In this document: positions 1-7,874 of the stretch, piece by piece | How the letters are laid out: each line of letters opens with the position of its first letter | Numbering within the stretch: position 1 is the stretch's first letter | Source of the DNA: Christensenellaceae bacterium | GTDB lineage: Bacteria > Bacillota > Clostridia > Christensenellales > CAG-138 | Assembly (NCBI GenBank): GCA_031261085.1 | Contig: JAISKB010000015.1 | Coordinates: forward strand, 62-64,061 | Length of the DNA: 64,000 nucleotides | Direction of reading: 5' to 3' | Made by a program: the position numbers and the translations under genes | The notes under the pieces: model-generated | Seen by the model: the letters and a program-made list of their open reading frames with translations, nothing else | The model's database searches: none | What the model was told of the DNA's origin: nothing

Positions 1-371
1 TTTGCCCGGTGTATTCCGGGTGTGCTTTATTATAAGCCACCCACAGTTGCACGAACAAGCAAGTATTCGTTGCATTAGATGAGTTTATGCTACTTTGCGT
101 AGCATTTAGGGGGAATGCGTATACTCACTACGTCATATCAACCCTCAGTGCATCCATCACATTCGCCTTTTTTATCTAAAATTTGACGGAGTAGGCAGGG
201 GTGCAAATTTTGGCTCAAAAATGAACCCCTGCACGAGTTTCATCAAAAGATATCCTGTTTTAGCGGGGTTGCGGCATTTTGCGATTTTCGAGCCGTTAAA
301 ACTTGCTCTCACAGCCGTCAAACTTTTGACGAGTGTGCATCACAAAGCCTTGTGCCGTGGGCATTTCAAGG

Positions 372-420
372 CAAAAAAGAAAAACCATCCATCGACAAAA
401 TCTCTTTTATCAATAGATGG
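372..420 (-). terminator. Rho-independent terminator downstream of tRNA-Trp
   Basis: The minus strand reads CCATCTATTGATAAAA-GAGA-TTTTGTCGATGGATGG. This is a 16-bp stem (3 G-U pairs) with a GAGA loop, followed by TTTTTCTTTTTT. Confidence 0.7.
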
Positions 421-429
421 TAGTTAAAT

Positions 430-503
430 TGGCAGGGGCAGAAGGACTCGAACCCTCAAGAACGGTTTTGGAGACCGCTATGTTACCATTACATCATGCC
501 CCT
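430..503 (-). tRNA. tRNA-Trp (anticodon CCA)
   Basis: The minus strand reads AGGGGCATGATGTAATGGTAACATAGCGGTCTCCAAAACCG...GGTTCGAGTCC...CCCCTGCCA. It folds as a cloverleaf with anticodon loop CTCCAAA, a T-loop GGTTCGAGTCC, and an encoded CCA. Confidence 0.9.
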
Positions 504-524
504 AGGTAAACTTACAACGGCGTT

Positions 525-554
525 ATTATAGCACGGCACGGCGTTCCGTGTCAA
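525..554 (-). promoter_or_regulatory. Sigma-A type promoter for tRNA-Trp
   Basis: The minus strand has TTGACA, an 18-nt spacer, then TATAAT, ending about 20 nt upstream of the tRNA 5' end. Confidence 0.65.
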
Positions 555-648
555 TTATGAAAGCTGGAAACGCTTGCAGTGCCAGCGCACGCCTGTTATG
601 CTATACTATATAAAATATGGAACATAATATAGGGAATGGAACATAATT

Positions 649-1086
649 GTGAAATCATTAACAATCTATACGGATGGGGCATGCTCGGGCAACCCGGGGC
701 CCGGCGGCTGGGGCGCGATTTTAATGTACAAAGAAACCACAAAAGAGCTTTCGGGCAGCGAGGCCTACACGACCAACAACCGTATGGAGCTGATGGCCGC
801 GATTGGCGCGATGGACGCCTTAAAGGAGCCCTGCGCGGTAGATTTATATACGGACAGCGCATACCTGTGCCGCGCGTTCAACGAGCGGTGGCTGCAGGGG
901 TGGGTGCGCAACGGCTGGAAGACCAGCTCCAAGAAAGATGTCGAAAACCGCGACCTGTGGGAAAAGCTGCTCGCACACGCACAAACGCATCAGGTTACTT
1001 GGCACAAGGTGAAGGGCCACAGCGATAACCCGCACAACAACCGCTGCGACGCGCTGGCGAAGCAAGCCATACAGGCGGTAAAATAG
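649..1086 (+). CDS. rnhA: Ribonuclease HI
   Basis: The 145-aa ORF has a GTG start. It carries IYTDGACSGNPGPGGWG, TNNRMEL and HKVKGHSDNPHNNRCDALA, typical of RNase H type 1. Confidence 0.9.
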   Translation: MKSLTIYTDGACSGNPGPGGWGAILMYKETTKELSGSEAYTTNNRMELMAAIGAMDALKEPCAVDLYTDSAYLCRAFNERWLQGWVRNGWKTSSKKDVENRDLWEKLLAHAQTHQVTWHKVKGHSDNPHNNRCDALAKQAIQAVK

Positions 1087-1112
1087 CTCTTTTCCCTAAA
1101 ACCACCCCTTAC

Positions 1113-1140
1113 TATTCGTTAAACTTGCGTTTAGCGAATA
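1113..1140. promoter_or_regulatory. 12-bp inverted repeat (candidate operator) upstream of the recombinase gene
   Basis: TATTCGTTAAAC-TTGC-GTTTAGCGAATA, with 11/12 arm complementarity. There is no T-tract, so it does not look like a terminator. Confidence 0.3.
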
Positions 1141-1143
1141 ATT

Positions 1144-2235
1144 ATGATAAGATGTTCCTATACTTCCCCCGGAGGTTTTTTAAGAATTATGACCGATACC
1201 TATGCCGGTTCCGAATACAAAAAAACGATGCTGAAGCTGCGCGAGCTGTTGGCGGAGCTGCCGCCGTTTTGCGCGGAGTTCTTTCGCGGCATCGAGCACG
1301 AAACGCTGGTGCGCTCGCGCTATGCCTACGCCATCGACTTCCGCACGTTCTTCACGTTTTTAATACAGGAGCCTGAATTCAGCACGGACAGCATCCGCTC
1401 CCTCACCCTGCCGGACTTGGATCGCGTAACCGTATCCACGGTAGAGAGTTATTTGAGCTATATTTCCTTTTATAATGATGACGCAAACAACGAGGTTTTA
1501 AACGGGGAGCGCGCAAAAAAACGCAAATTATCTTCGTTGCGAGCGCTGTATAAGTATTTTTGCAAAAAGGAAAAGCTAAAAACCAACGCCCCCTCCCTCG
1601 TCGACCTGCCCGTTGTGCGGGATAAGGCAATCGTCCGCCTGGAACCCGACGAGGTCGCCAACCTGCTGGACATCGTGCAAGAAGGCGAAGGCCTGAGCGA
1701 AACACAAAAACGGTATCACAAGCGCACGCAGGTGCGGGATTTGGCCATACTCACCCTGTTTTTAGGCACAGGAATCCGCATAAGTGAATTAGTGGGCATA
1801 AATATGGATGATGTTAATTTTTCGGCCAACGAATTCACCATACTGCGCAAGGGCGGCAAGCAGGATATTTTGGTGTTTGGCGAGGAAGCGCGCGCCGCGC
1901 TGCTTGCGTATATGCTGGAGCGCGAGGGCATATCCCCGCAGCCCGGCCATGAGGAGGCGCTGTTCCTCTCGCTGCAAAACAAGCGCATCACCGTGCGCGC
2001 GGTCGAAAACCTTGTGCAAAAATATGCCAGGCTGGCCACGCCGCTCAAGAAGATATCCCCGCACAAGCTGCGCAGCACCTATGGCACCATGCTCTACCGT
2101 GAAACCGGGGATATTTACCTGGTGGCGGATGTGCTGGGGCACAAGGATGTAAACACCACCCGCAAGCACTACGCCGCCGTATCTGAAGACCGGCGGCGCA
2201 TAGCGGCAAAGGTGATTAAGCTGAGGGAGGATTGA
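1144..2235 (+). CDS. Tyrosine site-specific recombinase (XerC/XerD-like integrase family)
   Basis: The ORF has a phage-integrase SAM-like N-domain. The catalytic signature is intact: R (GTGIRISE), K, HKLRST, LGH and RKHY. An alternative start at 1189 (MTDTY) follows GGAGG at 1171-1175. Confidence 0.85.
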   Translation: MIRCSYTSPGGFLRIMTDTYAGSEYKKTMLKLRELLAELPPFCAEFFRGIEHETLVRSRYAYAIDFRTFFTFLIQEPEFSTDSIRSLTLPDLDRVTVSTVESYLSYISFYNDDANNEVLNGERAKKRKLSSLRALYKYFCKKEKLKTNAPSLVDLPVVRDKAIVRLEPDEVANLLDIVQEGEGLSETQKRYHKRTQVRDLAILTLFLGTGIRISELVGINMDDVNFSANEFTILRKGGKQDILVFGEEARAALLAYMLEREGISPQPGHEEALFLSLQNKRITVRAVENLVQKYARLATPLKKISPHKLRSTYGTMLYRETGDIYLVADVLGHKDVNTTRKHYAAVSEDRRRIAAKVIKLRED

Positions 2236-2310
2236 GGCTAAGCTGCCGGTTAAGCATTATCCAAAAAGCTGCTTATCGCTGCCGTCCAAGCGAATTCTGT
2301 AAATTCCGCT

Positions 2311-2646
2311 CTACTTCCCTCGCTTCTTCCTCCACCCCCGCAGCGTGCGCATATACGCCCGGCGCCGCAGGGCTTCATAGGCGCGCAGGCGGGCTTCCCA
2401 CTCGGCTATAAGCGATAGGTCAATTTCGAGGGGCGGCACATGGCTCGGGTCAAACACGGGCTCATCCGCATCCGGCGCGGCCAGCTCCTCCTCCAAATCG
2501 AAGGGGAACAGCACGCCGTCCAAGTCCTCTACCCGGTCGGCCAAGCCTATGTCGACCTGGTTAAACTCCTTATCCATATCCAGGCACCTGCAGCAATTAT
2601 CGCAGACCTTGGTTGGATCTAAATCGCAGTAATCCGTCTCGTTCAT
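2311..2646 (-). CDS. Hypothetical small protein with Cys cluster, acidic core and basic tail, divergent from lexA
   Basis: The 111-aa ORF has an N-terminal C-x7-C-x2-CC-x-C cluster, a D/E-rich middle and a C-terminal RRRAYMRTLRGWRKKRGK tail. I recognise no family. Confidence 0.55.
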   Translation of the reverse strand: MNETDYCDLDPTKVCDNCCRCLDMDKEFNQVDIGLADRVEDLDGVLFPFDLEEELAAPDADEPVFDPSHVPPLEIDLSLIAEWEARLRAYEALRRRAYMRTLRGWRKKRGK

Positions 2647-2697
2647 ACTCTCTGCCCACCTTGCAGTTGTCGTGTAATAAAATATCGCTACGCGTAT

Positions 2698-2711
2698 CGA
2701 ACAAATGTTTC
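2698..2711. promoter_or_regulatory. LexA (Cheo/SOS) box
   Basis: CGAACAAATGTTTC compared with the Gram-positive consensus CGAAC-N4-GTTCG. It lies in the lexA / small-ORF divergent intergenic region. Confidence 0.6.
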
Positions 2712-2717
2712 TGTTTG

Positions 2718-2746
2718 TTGCAGATATCCTTGCGCCATGCTATACT
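2718..2746 (+). promoter_or_regulatory. Sigma-A type promoter of lexA
   Basis: TTGCAG, a 17-nt spacer, then TGC-TATACT (extended -10), immediately downstream of the Cheo box. Confidence 0.5.
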
Positions 2747-2773
2747 TTATTATAACACATTGTACCTTGGTTT

Positions 2774-3520
2774 ATGGAGGCTTGCATGCAGAATTTAAGC
2801 AAATCGCAGCGGGCAATTTATGACTATATCCGCGAATATATCGGCACGCACGCCTTCCCGCCCACCGTGCGCGAAATTTGCGCCGCGGTGGGCTTAAACT
2901 CCACCTCCACGGTGCACCGGCATTTAAAGAGCTTGGCGCAGCAGGGCTTCATACAGCTCAATCCCTCCATGCAGCGCTCCATCACGCTGTGCGCGCACGA
3001 TGGCGAACCCCTGCCCCGCGCGGCCCACTGGGCGCAAAGCGGCGGCGGGCAATCGCAATTTTCCCGCGTGGCGGAGCCTCCCTTTATAAGCGAGCAGCCT
3101 GCCGAAACGCCCTACCCCGCCTACGCGCAGCTGCGCAGGCTGCCCATCGTGGGCTATGTGGCGGCCGGGCAACCCATTTTGGCGGTGGATAGCATCCAGT
3201 CGTACCTCTCGCTCCCAGCTCAGCTGGTGCACGGCGCCGATGAAACCACGGCGTTCATACTGCGCGTCGCCGGCGAAAGCATGGTGGATGCCGGTATGCG
3301 CGATGGCGATATGATCGTGGTGCATCGCGCGCTCAAGGCCGAAAGCGGCGATATCGTCGTTGCCCGCGTAGCCGATGAAAACGTGACCGTCAAGCGCCTT
3401 TTTTTCGAGAAGGAACGCATAAGGCTCCAGCCCGAAAACCAGAGCATGGAGCCTATTTACGCCTCGTATGAAGATGTGACTATAGTAGGCAAGGTCGTTA
3501 CGCTGCTGCGGCGATATTGA
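2774..3520 (+). CDS. lexA: LexA repressor (S24 peptidase) with an unusually long linker
   Basis: The N-terminal wHTH reads QRAIYDYIREYI..PPTVREI. The cleavage site is VAAG, with catalytic Ser in GESM and Lys in VKRL. The likely true start is ATG 2786, preceded by GGAGG at 2776-2780. Confidence 0.92.
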   Translation: MEACMQNLSKSQRAIYDYIREYIGTHAFPPTVREICAAVGLNSTSTVHRHLKSLAQQGFIQLNPSMQRSITLCAHDGEPLPRAAHWAQSGGGQSQFSRVAEPPFISEQPAETPYPAYAQLRRLPIVGYVAAGQPILAVDSIQSYLSLPAQLVHGADETTAFILRVAGESMVDAGMRDGDMIVVHRALKAESGDIVVARVADENVTVKRLFFEKERIRLQPENQSMEPIYASYEDVTIVGKVVTLLRRY

Positions 3521-4861
3521 TTATGGAAGCGCTATCTCCCCCGCCTGCACCAGCGCCTCCAGCGCCAGCATGGCGCCCAAGCGCCCATGCGCATAGGTGA
3601 GCCCGCCCTGCACATATGCCGTATACGGCTCCTCTATCGGCGCATCCGCGCTCAGCTCTATCGAGCTCCCCTGCACAAACGCGCCCGCCGCCATAATCAC
3701 CTTGCAATGGTAGCCCGGCATATCCCAAGGCTCCGGCAAAACAAAGCTGTCGATTGGGGCGGCTTTTTGTATGCTGCGGCAAAAGCCTATCAGCGCATCC
3801 GCGCTTTGGAAGCGCAGCGCCTGCACGATATCCGAGCGAATGGCATCGCTCGCGGGCATACTCATCATACCCGCCCTTTCGAACACGCCCGCAAACAGCG
3901 CGGCGGTTTTAAGGCTTTGCGCCACGGTGTGCGGCGCCAAAAACAGCCCCTGATAAAACGGCGTATATCCCCCCGCATAAGAGCCTACCTCGCGGCCCAT
4001 GCCGGGTACGGTAAGCCGCTGCGCAATGCGCTCTATAGCGTCTGCCCGCCCGGCGATATACCCGCCGGTAGGCGCAATGCCGCCGCCCGGGTTTTTGATG
4101 AGCGAGCCAACCAGCACATCCGCGCCATAATAGCTGGGCTCATGCGGGCGGGTAAATTCGCCATAGCAGTTATCCACCACGATATAGGCCTTACTGCGCT
4201 TGCGAATCGCGTCGAAAACAGCGGCCATATCCTCGGGCAATATTGCGTTGCGCCAGGCATAGCCGCGGGAGCGCTGCAGGTATACGACCTTTACGGTATC
4301 GTTTAGCGCGGCCAACGCGCCCTCGATATCCACCGCGTCGTCTGCGAGGTCGACCTGCCTGTATCCGACCCCCATGCGTTTGAGCGAGCCATAGGCATCC
4401 CCGCTTATACCGATGGCGCTTTCGAGCGTATCATAGGGCTTGCCGGTGATGGAAAGCAGGCAGTCGCCGGGCCCCAGCAGGCCGCACAGCGCCGTGAAAA
4501 TGGCGTGCGTGCCGCTGGTGAACTGCGGGCGCACCAGCGCATCTTCACATTCGAGCGCGCGGGCAAATACCGCGTCCAGCGTATCCCGGCCTATATCGTC
4601 GTATCCATAGCCGGTGCTGGGCGCGAAGTGCCGCTGCGCCACCTGATTTTTTTGAAACCCGCTCAGCACCCGCGCGAAGGTCTCCGCCTCCACCGCATCG
4701 ATATTGGCAAACACCGGCGCAAGCTCGGCCTCGCACCGCAGCGCAAAGTCGGCCGCACAGCGGCTTATGCCCAAGGCCGCGTATGGCGCAAAAACATCAT
4801 TCCCGCTCTGCATCGCTTTTGTTTTGCTCCTTATCCGCATCCTTGGCTTGTATGATTTCAC
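3521..4861 (-). CDS. PLP-dependent Met_gamma_lyase / aluminium-resistance family protein (YnbB-like)
   Basis: STGYGYDDIGRDTLDAVFA...ALVRPQFTSGTHAI is typical of the family. The start is uncertain; an internal ATG at 4813 is an alternative. Confidence 0.75.
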   Translation of the reverse strand: MKSYKPRMRIRSKTKAMQSGNDVFAPYAALGISRCAADFALRCEAELAPVFANIDAVEAETFARVLSGFQKNQVAQRHFAPSTGYGYDDIGRDTLDAVFARALECEDALVRPQFTSGTHAIFTALCGLLGPGDCLLSITGKPYDTLESAIGISGDAYGSLKRMGVGYRQVDLADDAVDIEGALAALNDTVKVVYLQRSRGYAWRNAILPEDMAAVFDAIRKRSKAYIVVDNCYGEFTRPHEPSYYGADVLVGSLIKNPGGGIAPTGGYIAGRADAIERIAQRLTVPGMGREVGSYAGGYTPFYQGLFLAPHTVAQSLKTAALFAGVFERAGMMSMPASDAIRSDIVQALRFQSADALIGFCRSIQKAAPIDSFVLPEPWDMPGYHCKVIMAAGAFVQGSSIELSADAPIEEPYTAYVQGGLTYAHGRLGAMLALEALVQAGEIALP

Positions 4862-5063
4862 CTTTAAACGTGATGGTAGAAACCGCGTGCTTGTAAATGA
4901 GCAGCTGCTTGCCCTCTACCTGAGCCAAAATAACATAGCTGTCATACCCGGCTATGAGCACATCGTTCAGCTGGTATCCGTTCGTTACATGTATGGTGAC
5001 CGGCAGCTTTTCGCGCCGCGCCGTGTTCAAAAAAGCATCCTGCAAATTGATGGGTTTACCCAT
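4797..5063 (-). CDS. hfq: RNA chaperone Hfq
   Basis: The Sm motif reads NLQDAFLNTARREKLPVTIHVTNGYQLNDVLIAGYDSYVIL...LIYKHAVSTI. Confidence 0.92.
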   Translation of the reverse strand: MGKPINLQDAFLNTARREKLPVTIHVTNGYQLNDVLIAGYDSYVILAQVEGKQLLIYKHAVSTITFKGEIIQAKDADKEQNKSDAERE

Positions 5064-6012
5064 GGGCTATCTCCTCCTTAAACAATTGGCACAGGCGCTG
5101 CCGCAATTCTTGCGGCGCGTACTGCGTCACGTCAAACCAGCGTATGCGCGCATCCCGCTTGAACCATGTAATTTGGCGCTTTGCAAAATGCCGCGTCTCC
5201 CGCTTGATCGCTTCGATGGCCTCCGCCCGCGTACACGCGCCCCCAAAATACAAAAACAGCTGCCGGTAGCCTAGGCCCTGCAGCGCGGGCAGCGCAGGCG
5301 GGCATCCTTGCCGATAGATGCTTAAAGCTTCTTCTTCCAATCCGTTTTGCAGCATGGCGTCCACCCGGGCGTTTATGCGCGCATAAAGCGTTTCCCTCGG
5401 CAGGGTCAACCCCGCCATAATGGGGCGAAATGGGATGGCCTCCGACAGGCTGCTCTGCGCAAACCCAACGCCGTGCTCACCGATAGGCTTGCCGGTGCGC
5501 CGCACTACCTCCAGCGCGCGTATGATGCGCTTGCTGTCGTGCGGGTGCAGCCGCTGCGCACAGGCGGGATCCTCGGCCTGCAGCAGGGCATACAGCTTGC
5601 CCGGCGCGGCTTCTTCGGCCCGGCGCAGCTCGGCGCGCAGGGCTTCATCCGGCGGGACCTCGGCAAAATTCAACGCGGTGGTAAGCGCGTTGACATACAG
5701 CCCCGTGCCCCCCACCACCAGCGGGAACCTGCCCCGCGCGTGAATATCCACTATGGCGGCCTCTGCCTGGCGCTTATATTCCGCCACGCTGAATTTGGCA
5801 TCCGTCAGCTCCGCCACGCTGAGCATATGGTGCGGCACGCCCTCCATATCCTGCGCGGTGGGCTTTGCCGAGCCTATATCCAGCCCGCGGTAGACCTGTA
5901 TCGAATCGGCGGATACGATTTCGGCCCCCAGCGCCTTTGCAATGCCTATGCTCAGCGCCGTTTTGCCGCTGGCCGTAGGCCCCACCAGCACGCCAACAGG
6001 AAGCTTGCCCAT
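5056..6012 (-). CDS. miaA: tRNA dimethylallyltransferase
   Basis: P-loop GPTASGKT, plus SADSIQVYRGLDIGSAKP and IPHHML-like motifs. Confidence 0.92.
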   Translation of the reverse strand: MGKLPVGVLVGPTASGKTALSIGIAKALGAEIVSADSIQVYRGLDIGSAKPTAQDMEGVPHHMLSVAELTDAKFSVAEYKRQAEAAIVDIHARGRFPLVVGGTGLYVNALTTALNFAEVPPDEALRAELRRAEEAAPGKLYALLQAEDPACAQRLHPHDSKRIIRALEVVRRTGKPIGEHGVGFAQSSLSEAIPFRPIMAGLTLPRETLYARINARVDAMLQNGLEEEALSIYRQGCPPALPALQGLGYRQLFLYFGGACTRAEAIEAIKRETRHFAKRQITWFKRDARIRWFDVTQYAPQELRQRLCQLFKEEIAHG

Positions 6013-6014
6013 AC

Positions 6015-7874
6015 CTACAACACCCTTTTGAACAGCTTTTCGAATTCCAGCTTGGTCATCTGTATCATCACGGGGCGGCCGTGCGGGCAGGTCATGGGTA
6101 TGCCGCTCTGCTCATATTCCGCAAGCAGCGCGCGTATTTCGGCGGCATCCAGCCTGGCGCCGGCCTTTATGGCATGCTTGCACGCGGTTTGTATAAGCGC
6201 GGTACGCTTAAGCTCCACCGCGGTCAGCTTATTGCGCTTATCCAGCTGGGCGATGGCCTCCTGCAAAAATGTCGCCACGCTCGACTGGCCTATGATGGCG
6301 GGCACGGCGCGCACGCTGACCGTGAGCGCGCCAAATTCGGATATGTCGAATCCGAGCTCCGCAAACTGCGGCAGGTTTTCGAGCAGCGTATCGAACTGTA
6401 CGGGCGACAGCTTGATGATGGCGGGCGTTAACAGCTGCTGCGATTCCGCCGCAAGCTCCTGCGCCATCAGCTTCTCGTACAGGCGGCGTTCGTGCGCGGC
6501 GTGCTGATCGATGAAGAACACGCGCTCTCCCTGCTGCACCGCCCAATAGCATTCAAACAGCTGACCAATCACGGCGTAGGGCTCACTGCCAAAGCGCATG
6601 GCACTTTGCTGCTGCACCGGCATCTCGGTTTGCGTTGGCGTAGGCGGCGGTTCTGCCGTTGGCGTCGCCCTGCGCGGGGGCTCATCCTCCCGCAAATACG
6701 CGGGCCGACTTACGGGCGTAAAAAGCGCATCCCGAATGCCGTTTGGCGCGCTTTGCGCCGGCGCAGTGGGCGCGTATGAGGCGGAATATGGTTTTTCAGC
6801 CGTTTGGCCGAAGTTTGGCTTTAACGCAGGATTCTCCCTGCCTTTGCTGAATGAAGGTATGTTTTCCCGCCGTATCACGGGCGCCACAGGGTCGCCCAGC
6901 GCCATGCGCACCGCGATGGTCGCCGCGCGCTGTACGCCCTCTTCATCGCGGAAGCGGATCTCCATTTTGCTGGGGTGCACGTTTACATCGGTCTGCTCGC
7001 TATCCACCTGAATGTGCAGCACATAGAAGGGGAAGCGGCCGTGCATCAGCCGGGTATCGAACGCGCGCTGCACCGCCAGCGATATTTTGGGCGAGCGGAT
7101 ATAGCGCCCGTTTACATAGAGCGATTGCTGTAAGCGGTTGGGGCGGGCCGCCTGCTCGGCGCCCACATAGCCCGTTAGGCGAAACCGGCCGTCGTCATAA
7201 TCCACAGGCCGCAGATATTCTAAGATATCGCTGCCATATACGCAATAAATCGCGTGCTGCAACGCACCATCCCCGGTGCTTTGGTAAATCGATTTATCGC
7301 CATTGATAAATTTAAATGTGATGCTTGGGTTGGCCATGATAACCCGCGAAACATAGTCGCTGATGGCGGTGGTTTCGGCGCGCGCGCTCCGCAAAAACTT
7401 GAGCCGGGCAGGTACGTTGTAAAATACATGCTTCACCTCTACCGATGTGCCCACGGCGCAGGCGACAGGCGCGTTTTCGAGCAGCTCGCCGCCCTCGATG
7501 CGCAGCAAAACGCCGGTTTCGGCGCCCTGCGTACGGGTGCGCATAACCACCTGCGCTACCGACGCGATGGAGGCAAGCGCCTCACCGCGAAAGCCCAGCG
7601 TATCGATATGCCCCAAATCCTCGGTGGCGGTTATTTTGCTGGTGGCGTGGCGCAAAAACGCGGTGGCGGCATCCTCGGCCAAAATGCCGCTGCCGTTGTC
7701 GCGCACGAGTATGCTCTCTACCCCGCCGCCCTTAATTTCGATGGTGATGGCGGTGCCGCCCGCGTCAATGGCGTTTTCGACCAGCTCCTTAACGATGGAC
7801 ATGGGTCGCTCCACAACCTCGCCCGCGGCAATTTGGTTGGATATGTGCTGGCTAAGTATTTGAATTCTGCTCAT
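6015..7874 (-). CDS. mutL: DNA mismatch repair protein MutL
   Basis: The N-terminal GHKL ATPase reads IAAGEVVERPMSIVKELVENAIDAG. A Pro-rich linker follows, then the C-terminal dimerisation/endonuclease domain. Confidence 0.93.
   Translation of the reverse strand: MSRIQILSQHISNQIAAGEVVERPMSIVKELVENAIDAGGTAITIEIKGGGVESILVRDNGSGILAEDAATAFLRHATSKITATEDLGHIDTLGFRGEALASIASVAQVVMRTRTQGAETGVLLRIEGGELLENAPVACAVGTSVEVKHVFYNVPARLKFLRSARAETTAISDYVSRVIMANPSITFKFINGDKSIYQSTGDGALQHAIYCVYGSDILEYLRPVDYDDGRFRLTGYVGAEQAARPNRLQQSLYVNGRYIRSPKISLAVQRAFDTRLMHGRFPFYVLHIQVDSEQTDVNVHPSKMEIRFRDEEGVQRAATIAVRMALGDPVAPVIRRENIPSFSKGRENPALKPNFGQTAEKPYSASYAPTAPAQSAPNGIRDALFTPVSRPAYLREDEPPRRATPTAEPPPTPTQTEMPVQQQSAMRFGSEPYAVIGQLFECYWAVQQGERVFFIDQHAAHERRLYEKLMAQELAAESQQLLTPAIIKLSPVQFDTLLENLPQFAELGFDISEFGALTVSVRAVPAIIGQSSVATFLQEAIAQLDKRNKLTAVELKRTALIQTACKHAIKAGARLDAAEIRALLAEYEQSGIPMTCPHGRPVMIQMTKLEFEKLFKRVL

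Noticed and set aside
52-69. CGAACAAGCAAGTATTCG, considered as a possible LexA box.
   Set aside because: The half-site spacing is wrong for a Cheo box (GAAC-N4-GTTC) and the right half is TTCG only. There is no adjacent gene in the window.
197-215. GGCAGGGG, shared with the 3' end region of tRNA-Trp (431-438), considered as a possible att-site direct repeat.
   Set aside because: Only 8 nt match, which is too short to distinguish from chance, and no integrase lies within the window.
221-427. A 68-aa plus-strand ORF next to tRNA-Trp.
   Set aside because: Its 3' third overlaps the 16-bp-stem terminator of tRNA-Trp on the other strand. It has no SD and no recognisable motif.
5347-6507. A 386-aa plus-strand ORF. 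Similar long antisense ORFs occur at 7254-8054, 11249-12166, 24280-25059, 39748-40455 and 42615-43571.
   Set aside because: All lie antisense to strongly recognisable conserved genes (miaA/mutL, mutL/mutS, miaB, ftsK, scpA, deoB). They are Arg/Ala/Gly/His-rich with no family resemblance. Stop codons are depleted on the antisense strand of G+C-rich genes.
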